A stretch of DNA of 64,000 nt from Arenicellales bacterium (GTDB lineage: Bacteria; Pseudomonadota; Gammaproteobacteria; Arenicellales; JAJDZL01): the NCBI GenBank assembly GCA_965206345.1, contig OZ242211.1, positions 1,791,808 through 1,855,807 on the forward strand, written 5' to 3'. Every line of letters starts with the position of its first letter. The stretch's first letter is position 1. Under the pieces are notes generated by a model. It did not search any database, was not told the origin of the DNA, and saw nothing but the letters and a program-made list of their open reading frames with translations. Positions 35,724 to 46,680 of this stretch are shown here, piece after piece. Made by a program: the position numbers and the translations under genes.

Positions 35724-36251
35724 TCAAAATTCATCTTCGCGAAAAGTCACCAGGCTATGAAGTGGAATCGGTGAAATGCGATCTCGACCACCCAAGTCCG
35801 TCAGTTCAACGACTACCGCACAAGCGACGACACTGCCACCGAGTTCATTAATCAACTTAACAGTCGCCATAGCCGTACCGCCAGTGGCGATCAGATCGTC
35901 AATGATCGCTACACGGGATCCGGCTTCAAACGAATCGACATGAATTTCGAGGCGATTGGCTGCGTACTCCAATTCGTAGTCTGAACTGATGGTTTCTCCA
36001 GGTAGTTTGCCTTCTTTTCGTACCAGAAACAGGGGCAGATGAAGTTGGTATGCAAGTGCTGATGCGAAAAGAAACCCGCGTGCATCGACTGCAATCAGAC
36101 CGTCCAGTTCAGTGTTGTGAAACTTCTGATACAGAAGATCCACGCTATAGCGAAATGCTTCCGGGTAGCATAACAGTGAGGTAATGTCCCGAAAGCGTAT
36201 CCCGGGTTTTGGATAGTCAACGATTGTCCTGATGCTGGATTTCAGATCCAT
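35724..36251 (-). CDS. apt: adenine phosphoribosyltransferase
   Basis: 175 aa. Motifs are DYPKPGIRFRDIT and the PRPP motif VAIIDDLIATGGTA. Confidence 0.9.
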   Translation of the reverse strand: MDLKSSIRTIVDYPKPGIRFRDITSLLCYPEAFRYSVDLLYQKFHNTELDGLIAVDARGFLFASALAYQLHLPLFLVRKEGKLPGETISSDYELEYAANRLEIHVDSFEAGSRVAIIDDLIATGGTAMATVKLINELGGSVVACAVVVELTDLGGRDRISPIPLHSLVTFREDEF

Positions 36252-36347
36252 ACCCGACCTCTAGACGCATCTTCATGTGTGCCGCAACGCGATTGATCAA
36301 AAAACTCTCGTGCCAGCATTACTGGCACTTCAGACACAAATGAATGC

Positions 36348-37697
36348 TTACCCTACGCCCAACACATCAATCGTAGCGGCGCGCAAAATCGCAGTCAATC
36401 GATCGATTTCGGAATTTTCAATCACAATCGGCGGGGCCAGGCAGTAGACATCGCCACGCACTCGACTGAACAGACCGCGTTCAATTGCCGCATTCAAAAT
36501 CTTGTCTCCGATTTTGTCAGCTGGATCAAAGGGTTCTTTGGTTGCCTTGTTTTTGACATATTCAACTCCACATAGCAGTCCTAAGCCACGGATGTTACCG
36601 ACATGGGGGTGGTCACCGATAGCGCTAACTAGATTATCCTGCAGTCGTTGCCCCTTCTGCGCTGCCTGTTCAGGAAAATCTTCGCTTTCGATCAAGTCGA
36701 TCATCGCACAAGCGATTGCACTGCCGATTGGATGGGCACTGTATGTATATGCGTGCATGAAAGGCTCCGTACTGGCATCCATCGTACTCGCAATTTCGTC
36801 GCTGACACCAATGCCTCCGAATGGAAAATAACCTGATGTAACCGCTTTAGCGAATTGAATGATGTCGGGCTGCACGCCCCAATGTTCCAGTGCGAACATT
36901 TTCCCGGTTCTGCCAAATCCGGTAATCACCTCATCGGCAACCAGCAAGACTTCGTACTGATCACAAATTTCACGAATTCTGGGAAAATAGTCATCCTGTG
37001 GTGGAATCACTCCTCCGGAACCTTGTACGGGTTCCGCAATGAACATAGCGACAGTTTCCGGTCCTTCTTCAAGAATTCGTTTCTCAAGTTCATTCGCTGC
37101 TGCTATACCTTGGGATACGTTTGGGTCGCTTGACTCGTATCGATAGGGATAGGGAGAAGGAATATGAGAGAACCCTGGAATGCGCGGCTCGAACATCGGC
37201 CAATACACTGGCATGCCAGTAGCGCACATCGCAGCGAATGTGACTCCGTGATATCCGAGCATTCGAGAGATCACCTTCGATTTTTCGGACTTGCCTTTCA
37301 GTTTCCAATAATATCTGGACATCTTAATGGCTGAGTCAGTTGCTTCACCGCCACCAGAGGTCAAATAGAAGCGGTTGATTTGCGGGTAGCAGATGCGCGC
37401 AAGTTTGGCCACAAGCTCAATCGCCTTGTCGTTTGAACTTCCGACGTAGCCGGACGCGTAAGGCAGCTTGGCGTACTGCGCTGCTGCTGCATCAATTAGC
37501 GATTGAGCACTATGCCCGGCAGTGTTATTCCACAGTCCGGCCAGACCGTCAATATACTCCTTGCCATTTGTGTCAACTAGTGTAGAGCCATAGCCTTCGG
37601 CCCAAATGCGAGCGTTATCATGTCCTCCCCGCACGTGCAAGGGATGGATCAAGTGATTCTGATCAATTGCCAACATTTCAGCGCTGCTTGTGTTCAT
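36348..37697 (-). CDS. class-III (omega) aminotransferase, PLP-dependent
   Basis: 449 aa. Motifs are LVADEVITGFGRTG and FAKAVTSGYFPFGG (PLP Lys context). Confidence 0.85.
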   Translation of the reverse strand: MNTSSAEMLAIDQNHLIHPLHVRGGHDNARIWAEGYGSTLVDTNGKEYIDGLAGLWNNTAGHSAQSLIDAAAAQYAKLPYASGYVGSSNDKAIELVAKLARICYPQINRFYLTSGGGEATDSAIKMSRYYWKLKGKSEKSKVISRMLGYHGVTFAAMCATGMPVYWPMFEPRIPGFSHIPSPYPYRYESSDPNVSQGIAAANELEKRILEEGPETVAMFIAEPVQGSGGVIPPQDDYFPRIREICDQYEVLLVADEVITGFGRTGKMFALEHWGVQPDIIQFAKAVTSGYFPFGGIGVSDEIASTMDASTEPFMHAYTYSAHPIGSAIACAMIDLIESEDFPEQAAQKGQRLQDNLVSAIGDHPHVGNIRGLGLLCGVEYVKNKATKEPFDPADKIGDKILNAAIERGLFSRVRGDVYCLAPPIVIENSEIDRLTAILRAATIDVLGVG

Positions 37698-37798
37698 CTC
37701 AGTTTATCTCTCGTTTAGATATCAGTCCGCCCAAAGCACCACAAAATAGCAGTGCTTTTTGGACGATGCAAATTTATTGGTTCGTTAAAATTTGTGAT

Positions 37799-38524
37799 TT
37801 ATTCCGATATTTCGATTGAAGCGATTGGGCCACTCCAGCCGTGAATTTCCGGGTCTAACGCAGATCCGACTTCTCCCGAAATTCCGGGATGTCGATCCAC
37901 CGCACCTTCGGCCTTAACACCGGAGATCCCATTTGCGTTCTTATCGGCCTTGCCGCCCGGGTCCGCAGGAATGCCAGGCGTATTCGGTGCACCGCCACCG
38001 GTAATCTGCTCATCATTCGCTTCGGTGCCTGCGTCTAATGCATACAGAAATTGGGAACCAGGGTGCAAGTTCGCATTATCAAGAGCAATGAAACCGTCGT
38101 TGGTCGGCAAAATCATTGTTATCAGTGAAATTCGGGTGTTGTCTTTGGACAGTGTAAACGTGGTCATTTCGCCTGGACCAAGCAGATCACCTGCTGGATT
38201 TTCAACCACCTCGGCACCAGTGTCTTCAAATTGAGTTGCGAGGGCTTCAATATTCCCGCCTTCTGCAACCGCCTGCAATTCTTCAGATGCAGCCTTTCCA
38301 AATGCAAACATTCTTGTTTGCTGATCGCTGTGTCCAGCCACGAGAATCGGAGTCAGATAAGCACCTGAGGTCAGGTTGGTGACTGTAATCGTGTATTGTT
38401 CGGAATCTTTGTCCCAAAACTTCAATTTTGCTACAGAACTCTTCACAGAGGACATGCTAAAGTCCGCACATCCTGCGAGTGAAACACTGAGCAGGAACGT
38501 CAATAGAACTGAAATTTTTTTCAT
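37799..38524 (-). CDS. spondin_N-like domain lipoprotein
   Basis: 241 aa from the ATG at 38524. The lipobox is LSVSLAGC. YTITVTNLTSG...LTPILVAGH...AVAEGG...ILPTNDGFIAL follows the bacterial spondin-domain pattern as I recall it. Confidence 0.6.
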   Translation of the reverse strand: MKKISVLLTFLLSVSLAGCADFSMSSVKSSVAKLKFWDKDSEQYTITVTNLTSGAYLTPILVAGHSDQQTRMFAFGKAASEELQAVAEGGNIEALATQFEDTGAEVVENPAGDLLGPGEMTTFTLSKDNTRISLITMILPTNDGFIALDNANLHPGSQFLYALDAGTEANDEQITGGGAPNTPGIPADPGGKADKNANGISGVKAEGAVDRHPGISGEVGSALDPEIHGWSGPIASIEISE

Positions 38525-38876
38525 ACAAGGCTCCTGAAATTGGAAATAACTGAATTTAGGCACAACGACGGATAGAAAACTAATGAGAGTAAAAGCACCA
38601 TAAATTATTCGCTGTGCAATTGGATAAATATAACATGGCGGGGTGTGATTCATCACCAAATTATGCATAAAAGGTGTGTGCACTGCTCTGGAACTAAATC
38701 TGTCGAACTCAGGTTGCTAATTTAGTAGTCGAGGCAGGCGAAATGACAGGAATTTGTTGAGAGTACAAGAAAATTAAAACTTGATGTTATATGATTGAAC
38801 GAGATGCTAATTGGCGAGTGCATACGCTTGCGAATAAAGTGGTTTGAATTGCCAAAACTAAATTACGGAGAGTAAG

Positions 38877-40262
38877 ATGAAAAAACTGATTGTATTTTTT
38901 CTAACATTGAGTATGCCGTTTCTGTTCAGTCTGCCAGTTCAGGCAGATGAAACGTGCATGTCTCCCTATATTGCAAAAATAACCGGCCAGGAAGACTATG
39001 TGTATGTCTGGACCTTAGGTGTGGAAGGTGTAGGCGATGAACAGGACAAGCTGGTTACCATAGGAGCCAATCCAAATGCCGACAATTACGGGAGAATTGT
39101 TCACGTACTTTCCGTTGGTGGCCGAAACGAAGCCCATCACTCAGGTTTAAGTGATGACCGAAGATATCTTTGGGCTGGTGGACTAGACACCAACAAAATC
39201 TTTATTTTCGATATTCATACGGATCCAGCAGCGCCGAGCATCTCGAAGGTAATCACCGATTTTGCCGATGTGACGGGAGGATTGGTTGGACCTCATACGT
39301 TTTATGCCTTGCCTGGTCGCATGATGGTGACCGCGTTATCGAACAATGTCGATAATGGCGGACGTACCGGTATGGCTGAATATAACAACGAGGGCGAATT
39401 TATTGCTACGCACTGGATCCCCACAGATGAAGACCTGCGAGGTGCTACGAAATCCGGCCAGTTTGCTGACGGATATGGCTACGATGTACGAGTCAAGGCT
39501 GATCTGAACATCATGCTGACGTCATCATTTACCGGATGGTCCAACTACATGATGGATTTTGGTGCGATGCTGAAGTCTCCCGAGGCTATGCAGCGCTTCG
39601 GCAACACCATGGTTGTTTGGGATATGCATGCCCGCAAACCATTGAAAGTTCTGGATGTACCGGGTGTCCCGCTAGAGATACGCTGCGCCTGGGATCCAGA
39701 GAACAAGTACTGCTTTACCAGCACTGCGCTGACTTCCCAAATATGGCTGATCTATGAAGACGATTCAGGGGAATGGCAGGCCAAGGCTGTTGCCGATATC
39801 GGTAATCCAGCTGAAGTTCCGCTGCCAGTTGATATTTCAATCACTGCAGATGATAAAGGTCTGTGGGTCGATACCTTCCTGGAAGGCAAGGCGCGGTATT
39901 TTGATATTTCGGACCCGCATGCACCTAAGCAGGTGTACGAGGAAGTAATCGGCAGTCAGATCAATATGGTGTCTCAAAGCTGGGATGGAAAGCGCGTTTA
40001 CTTTTCAAGTTCACTGCTAGGAAACTGGGACAAGACCGGCGATGCTGATGAGCAGTATGTCAAACTTTATCACTGGGATGGCGAAAAACTCGAACACCAG
40101 TGGTCCATTGATTTTTATGAGAACGGCCTTGGTCGCGCGCATCAGATGCGTTTTGGATCTTATGCCATGTATGGACTGCTCAATCCATACATCGACAGCG
40201 TACAGACAGCCAGGACTCAGCCAAGCGAAGAGAATCCAGCCAGGATTCAATCTGACAGTTGA
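38877..40262 (+). CDS. mtoX: selenium-binding-protein (SBP56) family protein, methanethiol oxidase-like, secreted
   Basis: 461 aa with a signal peptide. It shows full-length SBP56-type sequence (GRNEAHHSG, GPHTFYALPG, GYGYDV, WDMHARK, RAHQMRF). An RBS GGAGAG precedes the start. Confidence 0.85.
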   Translation: MKKLIVFFLTLSMPFLFSLPVQADETCMSPYIAKITGQEDYVYVWTLGVEGVGDEQDKLVTIGANPNADNYGRIVHVLSVGGRNEAHHSGLSDDRRYLWAGGLDTNKIFIFDIHTDPAAPSISKVITDFADVTGGLVGPHTFYALPGRMMVTALSNNVDNGGRTGMAEYNNEGEFIATHWIPTDEDLRGATKSGQFADGYGYDVRVKADLNIMLTSSFTGWSNYMMDFGAMLKSPEAMQRFGNTMVVWDMHARKPLKVLDVPGVPLEIRCAWDPENKYCFTSTALTSQIWLIYEDDSGEWQAKAVADIGNPAEVPLPVDISITADDKGLWVDTFLEGKARYFDISDPHAPKQVYEEVIGSQINMVSQSWDGKRVYFSSSLLGNWDKTGDADEQYVKLYHWDGEKLEHQWSIDFYENGLGRAHQMRFGSYAMYGLLNPYIDSVQTARTQPSEENPARIQSDS

Positions 40263-40341
40263 AGCCTATCGACTGAAGATCCAGTTCAGATCATTTTGAT
40301 CTAAAGTGCTTGCGATAAGCTCAGCGCATCACTTGGCAAGG

Positions 40342-41025
40342 ATGATGATCACCTTGAATGCGGTGATCATCTGTTTTTGTCTGTCTGAAACGGTGCATGC
40401 TTCAACTTCGACTCCTCCTAGAGCGCCGGGTTGGGGTGAGTTAGCTTATGAACCGCCGGCACCAGGAACTTATGAGTTACCGGTGATAAAACTTGCAACG
40501 GATGGAGAGGTCTTGACCAGCGATAGCTCTCCATCCAATCTATTTGATCTGATGTCGGGAAAAATTGTTTTTTTGAGTTTTATTTTTACTCGGTGTACTG
40601 ATGAAAATGGTTGTCCTCTTGCGAATGCTGTTCTCTACAAGGTGCAGGCCCGTCTGAACCAGAACCCTGACTTGGCGAACAGGGTTTCTCTGCTTACCGT
40701 GTCATTTGACCCGGAATATGACACACCCGAAGTACTTTCGGCGATGAAAAACTTTTACGGTGAGGGATCGGCGAGTTGGCAGTTTCTGACAACCCGTAAC
40801 ACAGATGCATTGCAGCCAATCTTAAGTGGTTACGGGCAATACCCGGTGCGAGTTGATCACCATCAGGCACACAACGAGGGAGTTGTCGAATACATTCATC
40901 TGCTTCGTGTCTATCTCATCGACCTTCAAAAGCAGATCCGTAATATTTACAGCGTTTCTTTTCTGCATCCTGACATTCTGATGAACGATCTGGAGACGCT
41001 GCTGATGGAGTCGCTCACCAACTAG
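40342..41025 (+). CDS. SCO1/SenC-family copper chaperone/thiol-disulfide protein
   Basis: Signal peptide MMITLNAVIICFCLSETVHA. A thioredoxin-like region follows, with FIFTRCTDENGCP and VSFDPEYDTPEVL. Confidence 0.65.
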   Translation: MMITLNAVIICFCLSETVHASTSTPPRAPGWGELAYEPPAPGTYELPVIKLATDGEVLTSDSSPSNLFDLMSGKIVFLSFIFTRCTDENGCPLANAVLYKVQARLNQNPDLANRVSLLTVSFDPEYDTPEVLSAMKNFYGEGSASWQFLTTRNTDALQPILSGYGQYPVRVDHHQAHNEGVVEYIHLLRVYLIDLQKQIRNIYSVSFLHPDILMNDLETLLMESLTN

Positions 41026-41034
41026 TAAGTGCCA

Positions 41035-42399
41035 ATGTGGCGCAAGACACAAGTCTTTGGTATTGCAGCATTCGTCTGGCTGATCGTACTTTTTATCGGC
41101 TTGGACGTAACCGCACAGACCAGTGGTACTCTGGATTCGGGTGAGCAGTTTGATGTTAGCCAGGCCTTTGGACCGGGTGATGTCAAAGAGGGGTATGAGA
41201 GTGCTGACTATGAGACTCAGTCTCGTAGCCTACTCACTCGTCGAGGCATCAAGCAAGATCTCATTCAAATTGTTGAAAATCCTCCGCTTGGGCTACCACC
41301 CGTAGCATTTCCAGCTGACAATCCCATCACTCGCGCCAAGATTGATTTGGGGCGTTTGCTGTTTTTTGATCGCAGGCTGTCTATCAACAACACCGTATCT
41401 TGTGCGAACTGTCACATTCCAGAGCAAGGATTCACAAATAACGAAATCAGTACAGCCGTTGGCGTTGAAGGCAGACTCGTAATTAGGAACGCACCGACAC
41501 TCTATAACGTTGCCTATCTGCAGCACATTTTCCTGGATGGGCGCGAAATCAGTCTTGAAAATCAGGTTTGGCAACCAATTACCGCACGCAATGAAATGGC
41601 TGCACCTTCGATTGGTTATGTTATCAACAAAATCAAGCGGATAAGTGACTATGACGGGCTATTTGAAGCAGCATTTGAAGGTCGTTCCGCGGATATCGCG
41701 ACGGTCGGATATGCGCTTGCCAGTTACCAACGCACCTTACTATCCGCAGATTCACCCTTTGACCGGTGGTTTTTTGGCGGGAATGAGGATGCAGTTAACG
41801 AGTCTGTAAAACGGGGATTCGCAGTATTTGCGGGTAAGGGGCAATGTTCGGTCTGTCACCAGATCGGTGAAGATCATGCATTATTCATTGATCATCAATT
41901 TCACAACACTGGCCTCGGTTACGCAGTATCTACTGGTAAAACACCAGCTCAAATAAAGAAAAAGACCCGTGTTCAACTGGCGCCAGGTGTGTTTGTTGAC
42001 ATGTCGAACGAGACAATTCAGTCGGTATCAAGGGTTGAAAGTTTCAATGATCTCGGACTGTATCGAGTCACTGAAAATCCGGCGGATCGCTGGAAGTTTC
42101 GTACCCAGACTCTGCGCAACGTCGCACTCACCGCACCGTATATGCATAACGGTCAATTCGCAACACTGAGAGAAGTGATTGACTTTTATGATCAAGGCGG
42201 AATTCCGAATGAATTGCTGTCTCCATTTATCCGCCCACTCGGTTTGACCGAATCTGAAAAGATAGATCTTGAAGCTTTTCTGGAATCGCTGACCGGTCAA
42301 AATGTCCCACAGATCGTCGCTGACGCATTTGCTGCGCAAATTGGAGAATTAAGTAAAGATGATCCAAATTGGGCACACCAAAACACCTTGGGATTTTGA
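41035..42399 (+). CDS. di-haem cytochrome c peroxidase / MauG family protein
   Basis: Two haem-binding motifs, CANCH and CSVCH. Other matches are RNAPTLYN, FFDGR-type FLDGRE and APYMHNGQFATL. Confidence 0.85.
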   Translation: MWRKTQVFGIAAFVWLIVLFIGLDVTAQTSGTLDSGEQFDVSQAFGPGDVKEGYESADYETQSRSLLTRRGIKQDLIQIVENPPLGLPPVAFPADNPITRAKIDLGRLLFFDRRLSINNTVSCANCHIPEQGFTNNEISTAVGVEGRLVIRNAPTLYNVAYLQHIFLDGREISLENQVWQPITARNEMAAPSIGYVINKIKRISDYDGLFEAAFEGRSADIATVGYALASYQRTLLSADSPFDRWFFGGNEDAVNESVKRGFAVFAGKGQCSVCHQIGEDHALFIDHQFHNTGLGYAVSTGKTPAQIKKKTRVQLAPGVFVDMSNETIQSVSRVESFNDLGLYRVTENPADRWKFRTQTLRNVALTAPYMHNGQFATLREVIDFYDQGGIPNELLSPFIRPLGLTESEKIDLEAFLESLTGQNVPQIVADAFAAQIGELSKDDPNWAHQNTLGF

Positions 42400-42592
42400 C
42401 GGATGATTTATGTAGAAATTAAATCTAAAAGGTGCTAATATTAGCACTAACATGACAGAACTGAGTGCGCAAACACGTATTGCATTCTCTGGGTGACTAA
42501 TCTTGAGAATTTAGAGTTGATGCAATGCGTTTTTTATGTGCCTCTCTCCAATCCCGCTTCAATCATCCAAAACTTTTTCTGGACTCAAACTT

Positions 42593-42799
42593 ATGCATGA
42601 GAATCATACTGAGGAACTTCAATCAAGAATAGAAAAACTAAAAACAGAACATCGAGATCTTGATGACGTATTAAAACGTCTGGCTGTAGATCCCAGTTCG
42701 GACGAGTTGCAAATTCGTCGCCTGAAAAAACGCAAACTACAGCTTAAAGATTCCATAGTAATGCTGGAAAGCCAGGCATTGCCTGATTTATCAGCCTGA
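42593..42799 (+). CDS. DUF465 (YdcH-like) small protein
   Basis: 68 aa from the ATG at 42593. It contains the coiled-coil IEKLKTEHRDLDDVL...LQIRRLKKRKLQLKD. Confidence 0.6.
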   Translation: MHENHTEELQSRIEKLKTEHRDLDDVLKRLAVDPSSDELQIRRLKKRKLQLKDSIVMLESQALPDLSA

Positions 42800-42821
42800 G
42801 GCTGTACCCCGAAAATTGACC

Positions 42822-42848
42822 GGATTGCCCACTAGGAGGCAATCCTTT
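42822..42848. terminator. bidirectional stem-loop terminator between convergent DUF465 gene and ahcY
   Basis: GGATTGCC-cactagga-GGCAATCC forms an 8-bp stem. It is followed by TTT on the plus strand and by a ...AATTTTC run on the minus strand. Confidence 0.5.
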
Positions 42849-42850
42849 GA

Positions 42851-44161
42851 TCAGTACCTGTAGTAGTCCGGTTTGTATGGACCTTCTACCGGCACACCTA
42901 TGTATTTTGCCTGCTCTTCTGTCAGCCTGGTCAGTTTGGCACCAACTTTGTCCAGATGCAGTTGTGCAACTTCTTCGTCCAGGAATTTTGGTAGAACGTA
43001 AACATTGGTTTCGTACTTGTCCGCGTTTTTCCATAACTCGATCTGTGCCAGTACCTGGTTAGTAAACGAATTCGACATCACGAAACTTGGATGCCCGGTT
43101 GCACATCCCAGATTGACAAGCCGTCCTTCAGCAAGCAGAATTAACCGCTTTCCATTCGGGAAAATGATGTGATCGACTTGTGGTTTGATATTTTCCCATT
43201 CCAATTTTCTCAACGATTCCACATCAATTTCACCGTCAAAGTGACCGATATTGCAGACGATGGCCTGATCTTTCATGGCCTTCATGTGGTCCATTGTGAT
43301 GACATGCCAGTTTCCAGTAGCAGTGACAAAAATGTCTGCGATCGGTGCGGCTTCTTCCATCGTTACGACACGATAGCCCTCCATTGATGCCTGGAGTGCG
43401 CAGATCGGGTCGATTTCGGTAATCAGTACGTTGGCACCTTGGCCTCGCAGGGACTGAGCACACCCTTTACCAACATCGCCGTAACCACAAACCACCGCAA
43501 CCTTGCCGGCAATCATGACATCGGTTGCGCGCTTGATACCATCCAAGAGTGACTCCCGACATCCGTAGAGGTTGTCAAATTTACTCTTGGTGACCGAATC
43601 ATTGACGTTAAATGCGGGGCAGAGCAATGAGCCTTGTGCCATCATTTCGTACAGACGATGAACTCCAGTTGTTGTTTCTTCCGTTAGTCCGCGGACGTCA
43701 TTCATGAGCTCTGGATATTTTTCATGCAAAATCAGAGTCAGGTCGCCGCCGTCATCAAGCAGCATGTTTGGCCGCCAGTTGTCCGGGCCGAAAATCGTCT
43801 GATCTATGCACCACCAGTATTCTTCTTCCGTTTCGCCTTTCCAGGCGAATACTGGCGTTCCCGTCGCAGCGATGGCCGCTGCTGCGTGATCCTGAGTGGA
43901 AAATATGTTGCAAGATGACCACCTAACTTCGGCTCCAAGTTCCTGAAGAGTTTCAATGAGTACTGCAGTCTGAATAGTCATGTGCAGACAGCCGGCGATT
44001 CGAGCGCCTGTAAGCGGTTTTTCATTTGCGTATTTGCTTCGCAGTGCCATAAGGCCTGGCATTTCAGTTTCAGCGATCGCAATCTCCTTGCGTCCCCAAC
44101 TGGCTAATTCAAAGTCGGCGACCTTATAGTCCTGAGTTACAGATTTCAATGCTGTTGGCAT
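42851..44161 (-). CDS. ahcY: adenosylhomocysteinase
   Basis: 436 aa. Motifs include [28 protein letters not shown] and IGHFDGEID. Confidence 0.95.
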   Translation of the reverse strand: MPTALKSVTQDYKVADFELASWGRKEIAIAETEMPGLMALRSKYANEKPLTGARIAGCLHMTIQTAVLIETLQELGAEVRWSSCNIFSTQDHAAAAIAATGTPVFAWKGETEEEYWWCIDQTIFGPDNWRPNMLLDDGGDLTLILHEKYPELMNDVRGLTEETTTGVHRLYEMMAQGSLLCPAFNVNDSVTKSKFDNLYGCRESLLDGIKRATDVMIAGKVAVVCGYGDVGKGCAQSLRGQGANVLITEIDPICALQASMEGYRVVTMEEAAPIADIFVTATGNWHVITMDHMKAMKDQAIVCNIGHFDGEIDVESLRKLEWENIKPQVDHIIFPNGKRLILLAEGRLVNLGCATGHPSFVMSNSFTNQVLAQIELWKNADKYETNVYVLPKFLDEEVAQLHLDKVGAKLTRLTEEQAKYIGVPVEGPYKPDYYRY

Positions 44162-44206
44162 CGTTTCTTTCCTTTTGATTTACCTTTCAATTTGTAGTCG
44201 TTTACC

Positions 44207-45406
44207 TTAACTGGCAGCTTGCAACAGTTCATCCACCTTGTTTGTATGCTCCCATGTGAATTCTTCTTCCGTTCGTCCAAAGTGCCCATAAACAGCCGTC
44301 TGCTGGTATATTGGTCGCAGAAGATCAAGCTGATTGATGATGCTCTTTGGCTGTAAGTCGAAGACCTCATCAACGATCTGAGCGAGTCGGTTATCGTCCA
44401 GCCCTGACCTGGCTGTGCCAAAACTGTTGACCATCATTGATACTGGCTTTGCTACCCCAATCGCATAAGCGATTTGAATCTCACAACGTTCAACCAACCC
44501 GGCTTCTACCAAATTCTTGGCCACATGCCGCGCAGCATATGCGGCTGAACGATCGACCTTTGATGGATCTTTTCCTGAAAAAGCGCCACCGCCATGTCGA
44601 GCCATCCCACCGTAGGTGTCGACAATTATTTTTCGCCCGGTTAATCCACAGTCAGCTTTGGGACCGCCTTCAATGAACTTGCCTGTCGGATTAATCAGGA
44701 TGCTTTCGCTTGATGAGGGCATCCAGTCGTCTGGCACTATGGGTCGAATAATCTGTTCGACCACACCTTCACGAATAGTGTCGCGATCAACTGAATCGCT
44801 ATGCTGAGTTGAGAGAACAATTTTGTCTACTGAAACGGCTTTACCGTTTTCATAGATGACACTGACCTGTGCCTTTGCATCGGGACCTAGCCAGTCGAGC
44901 GCACCGCTTTTTCGAACCTGCGACTGCTGCTGAACTAAACGATGTGATAATGTGATTGGCAGTGGCATGAGCACGTCGGTTTCGTCACACGCATAACCGA
45001 ACATTAGCCCTTGGTCACCGGCGCCCTGTTCCTTGTCTTCGCCTTCACCTTCGTTAACCCCTTGTGCGATGTCAGGTGACTGTTCGTTTAAAAGGTTGGT
45101 GATGTTTACGGTTTTCCAGTCAAAGCCCAAGGCATCACTATCATACCCAATATCCCTGATGGTATCCCTTACGATCTGCTCATAGTTAATGTTGTTGGCC
45201 TGGCTTCCGATCTCGCCAGCGAGAATTACGTGGTGAACTGGAGTGTTGCCACTGGAGGTTGATTTGACCAGAGTTTCACATCCGGCGCGGCTGTCGCGGT
45301 CCTCAGAAATCAATGCATCCAGGATGGCATCAGAAATTTGATCACACATCTTGTCAGGATGCCCCTCTGACACAGATTCCGAAGTAAAGATGTAACGGTC
45401 GGGCAT
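44207..45406 (-). CDS. metK: S-adenosylmethionine synthetase
   Basis: 399 aa. Motifs include [32 protein letters not shown] and [16 protein letters not shown]. Confidence 0.95.
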   Translation of the reverse strand: MPDRYIFTSESVSEGHPDKMCDQISDAILDALISEDRDSRAGCETLVKSTSSGNTPVHHVILAGEIGSQANNINYEQIVRDTIRDIGYDSDALGFDWKTVNITNLLNEQSPDIAQGVNEGEGEDKEQGAGDQGLMFGYACDETDVLMPLPITLSHRLVQQQSQVRKSGALDWLGPDAKAQVSVIYENGKAVSVDKIVLSTQHSDSVDRDTIREGVVEQIIRPIVPDDWMPSSSESILINPTGKFIEGGPKADCGLTGRKIIVDTYGGMARHGGGAFSGKDPSKVDRSAAYAARHVAKNLVEAGLVERCEIQIAYAIGVAKPVSMMVNSFGTARSGLDDNRLAQIVDEVFDLQPKSIINQLDLLRPIYQQTAVYGHFGRTEEEFTWEHTNKVDELLQAAS

Positions 45407-45632
45407 TGAACCTAATCCTGCAGAAGTGCTGGTGATGAATGGGGTGAGTGAAATCTTGCGTTATTTTACCAGTTTGTTCGACTTCTGTGATTCAATGGAT
45501 CGTTGATCTTGATTACCTGTTCTGCAGAGGGACTGGCTATGTGTTCGGGCTGGTTCAGACAGTTCAGTGCGAGTTGAACTACTTTGAAATCCAAAATGCA
45601 GCCAAATATGAATCGATGATGAATTTTTCCGG

Positions 45633-46616
45633 TTACTGCATCATTTGCAGAAGAAATTCGGCAGTCGCTGTTGCATCATTGGCGATGGCACCGTGAATCG
45701 GCAACTGGCCATCTGTAGTCTGAGCAGTTTGATCAGCACCATGCTGAATGAGCAGTTTCGCCACTTCCAGTGAATCATGCCAGGCAGCCAAATGTAGCGG
45801 GGTGATGCCGTTCACCCCTTTGGTGTTTACATTTGCTCCACCTTCGATCAGTTCTGATGCGACATCGAAGGTGTTGCCCATCGCAGCCCAATGCAGAGGC
45901 GTTGCATCGAAATTTGCAAGTGCATCAACATCAGCGCCACTGTCTATCAGCAGTCTCGTCAAATAGATCGCATTTTTTGACACCGTCCAATGCAATGGAG
46001 TCGCACCATCCTTTTCTTTCGCGTTGATGTCAGCATCGCTGTGAATTAGTACGAGCATGACTTCTACAGAACCGGCAAAGACTGCGAGATGGAGTGGGGT
46101 AACTCCGGAGACTGTTTTGGCATTCGTGTCAGCATTCAAACGAACAAACTCTTGCGCAGCGGACATTGAGTTGCCCCAGGCTGCCCAGTGAAGTGGTGTG
46201 TATCCTAGACTTGCATATGTCGCTTCATCATCTACCAGCGGGGTCTGCCATTGATTTCGCGCTTTTTGGATTCCTTTTGTGACTTCATCACTGAATCGAA
46301 CTTCATCAGATTTGGTTCGGATGTCAATCGGGAGTCCCAGAGTCGCAAGCTGCCGAATGAGTTGAGGCAGATTCAGGGAAGCTGCCCAGTGCATATCAGT
46401 CCAACCGTTTTCATCGGCGAATTCAGCTATAGGACAGCGGTCCACAAAATTTACAAACGTTTCAATTTCCTCAAGAGGCAGACCCTCTGCTTCAACCGAA
46501 TTTACACAAAGTGCCGCGTTATTCTGGGAATCAGCATGGATGAAAGGTGAGATCAGCAGCGTAAGCACGATCAACCCCTGTTTCAGTTCCTGCAATGGAA
46601 TTCTTTTCAACTTCAT
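45633..46616 (-). CDS. secreted ankyrin-repeat protein
   Basis: The signal peptide starts at MKLKRIPLQELKQGLIVLTLLISPFIHA (ATG at 46616). There are at least 6 repeats of the TPLHWAA/TPLHLAA type. Confidence 0.8.
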   Translation of the reverse strand: MKLKRIPLQELKQGLIVLTLLISPFIHADSQNNAALCVNSVEAEGLPLEEIETFVNFVDRCPIAEFADENGWTDMHWAASLNLPQLIRQLATLGLPIDIRTKSDEVRFSDEVTKGIQKARNQWQTPLVDDEATYASLGYTPLHWAAWGNSMSAAQEFVRLNADTNAKTVSGVTPLHLAVFAGSVEVMLVLIHSDADINAKEKDGATPLHWTVSKNAIYLTRLLIDSGADVDALANFDATPLHWAAMGNTFDVASELIEGGANVNTKGVNGITPLHLAAWHDSLEVAKLLIQHGADQTAQTTDGQLPIHGAIANDATATAEFLLQMMQ

Positions 46617-46680
46617 ATTGAACAATGATGAGTTGTGGCACCTACTTGATAAAATTTCACACCTTGCAAAAAGTGCAGGA

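Noticed and set aside
44162-45632. SAH or SAM riboswitch associated with ahcY/metK
   Set aside because: The metK-ahcY gap is only 45 nt. The 226-nt region upstream of metK shows none of the conserved SAH/SAM-II strings I can recall. Only a covariance-model search could settle it.
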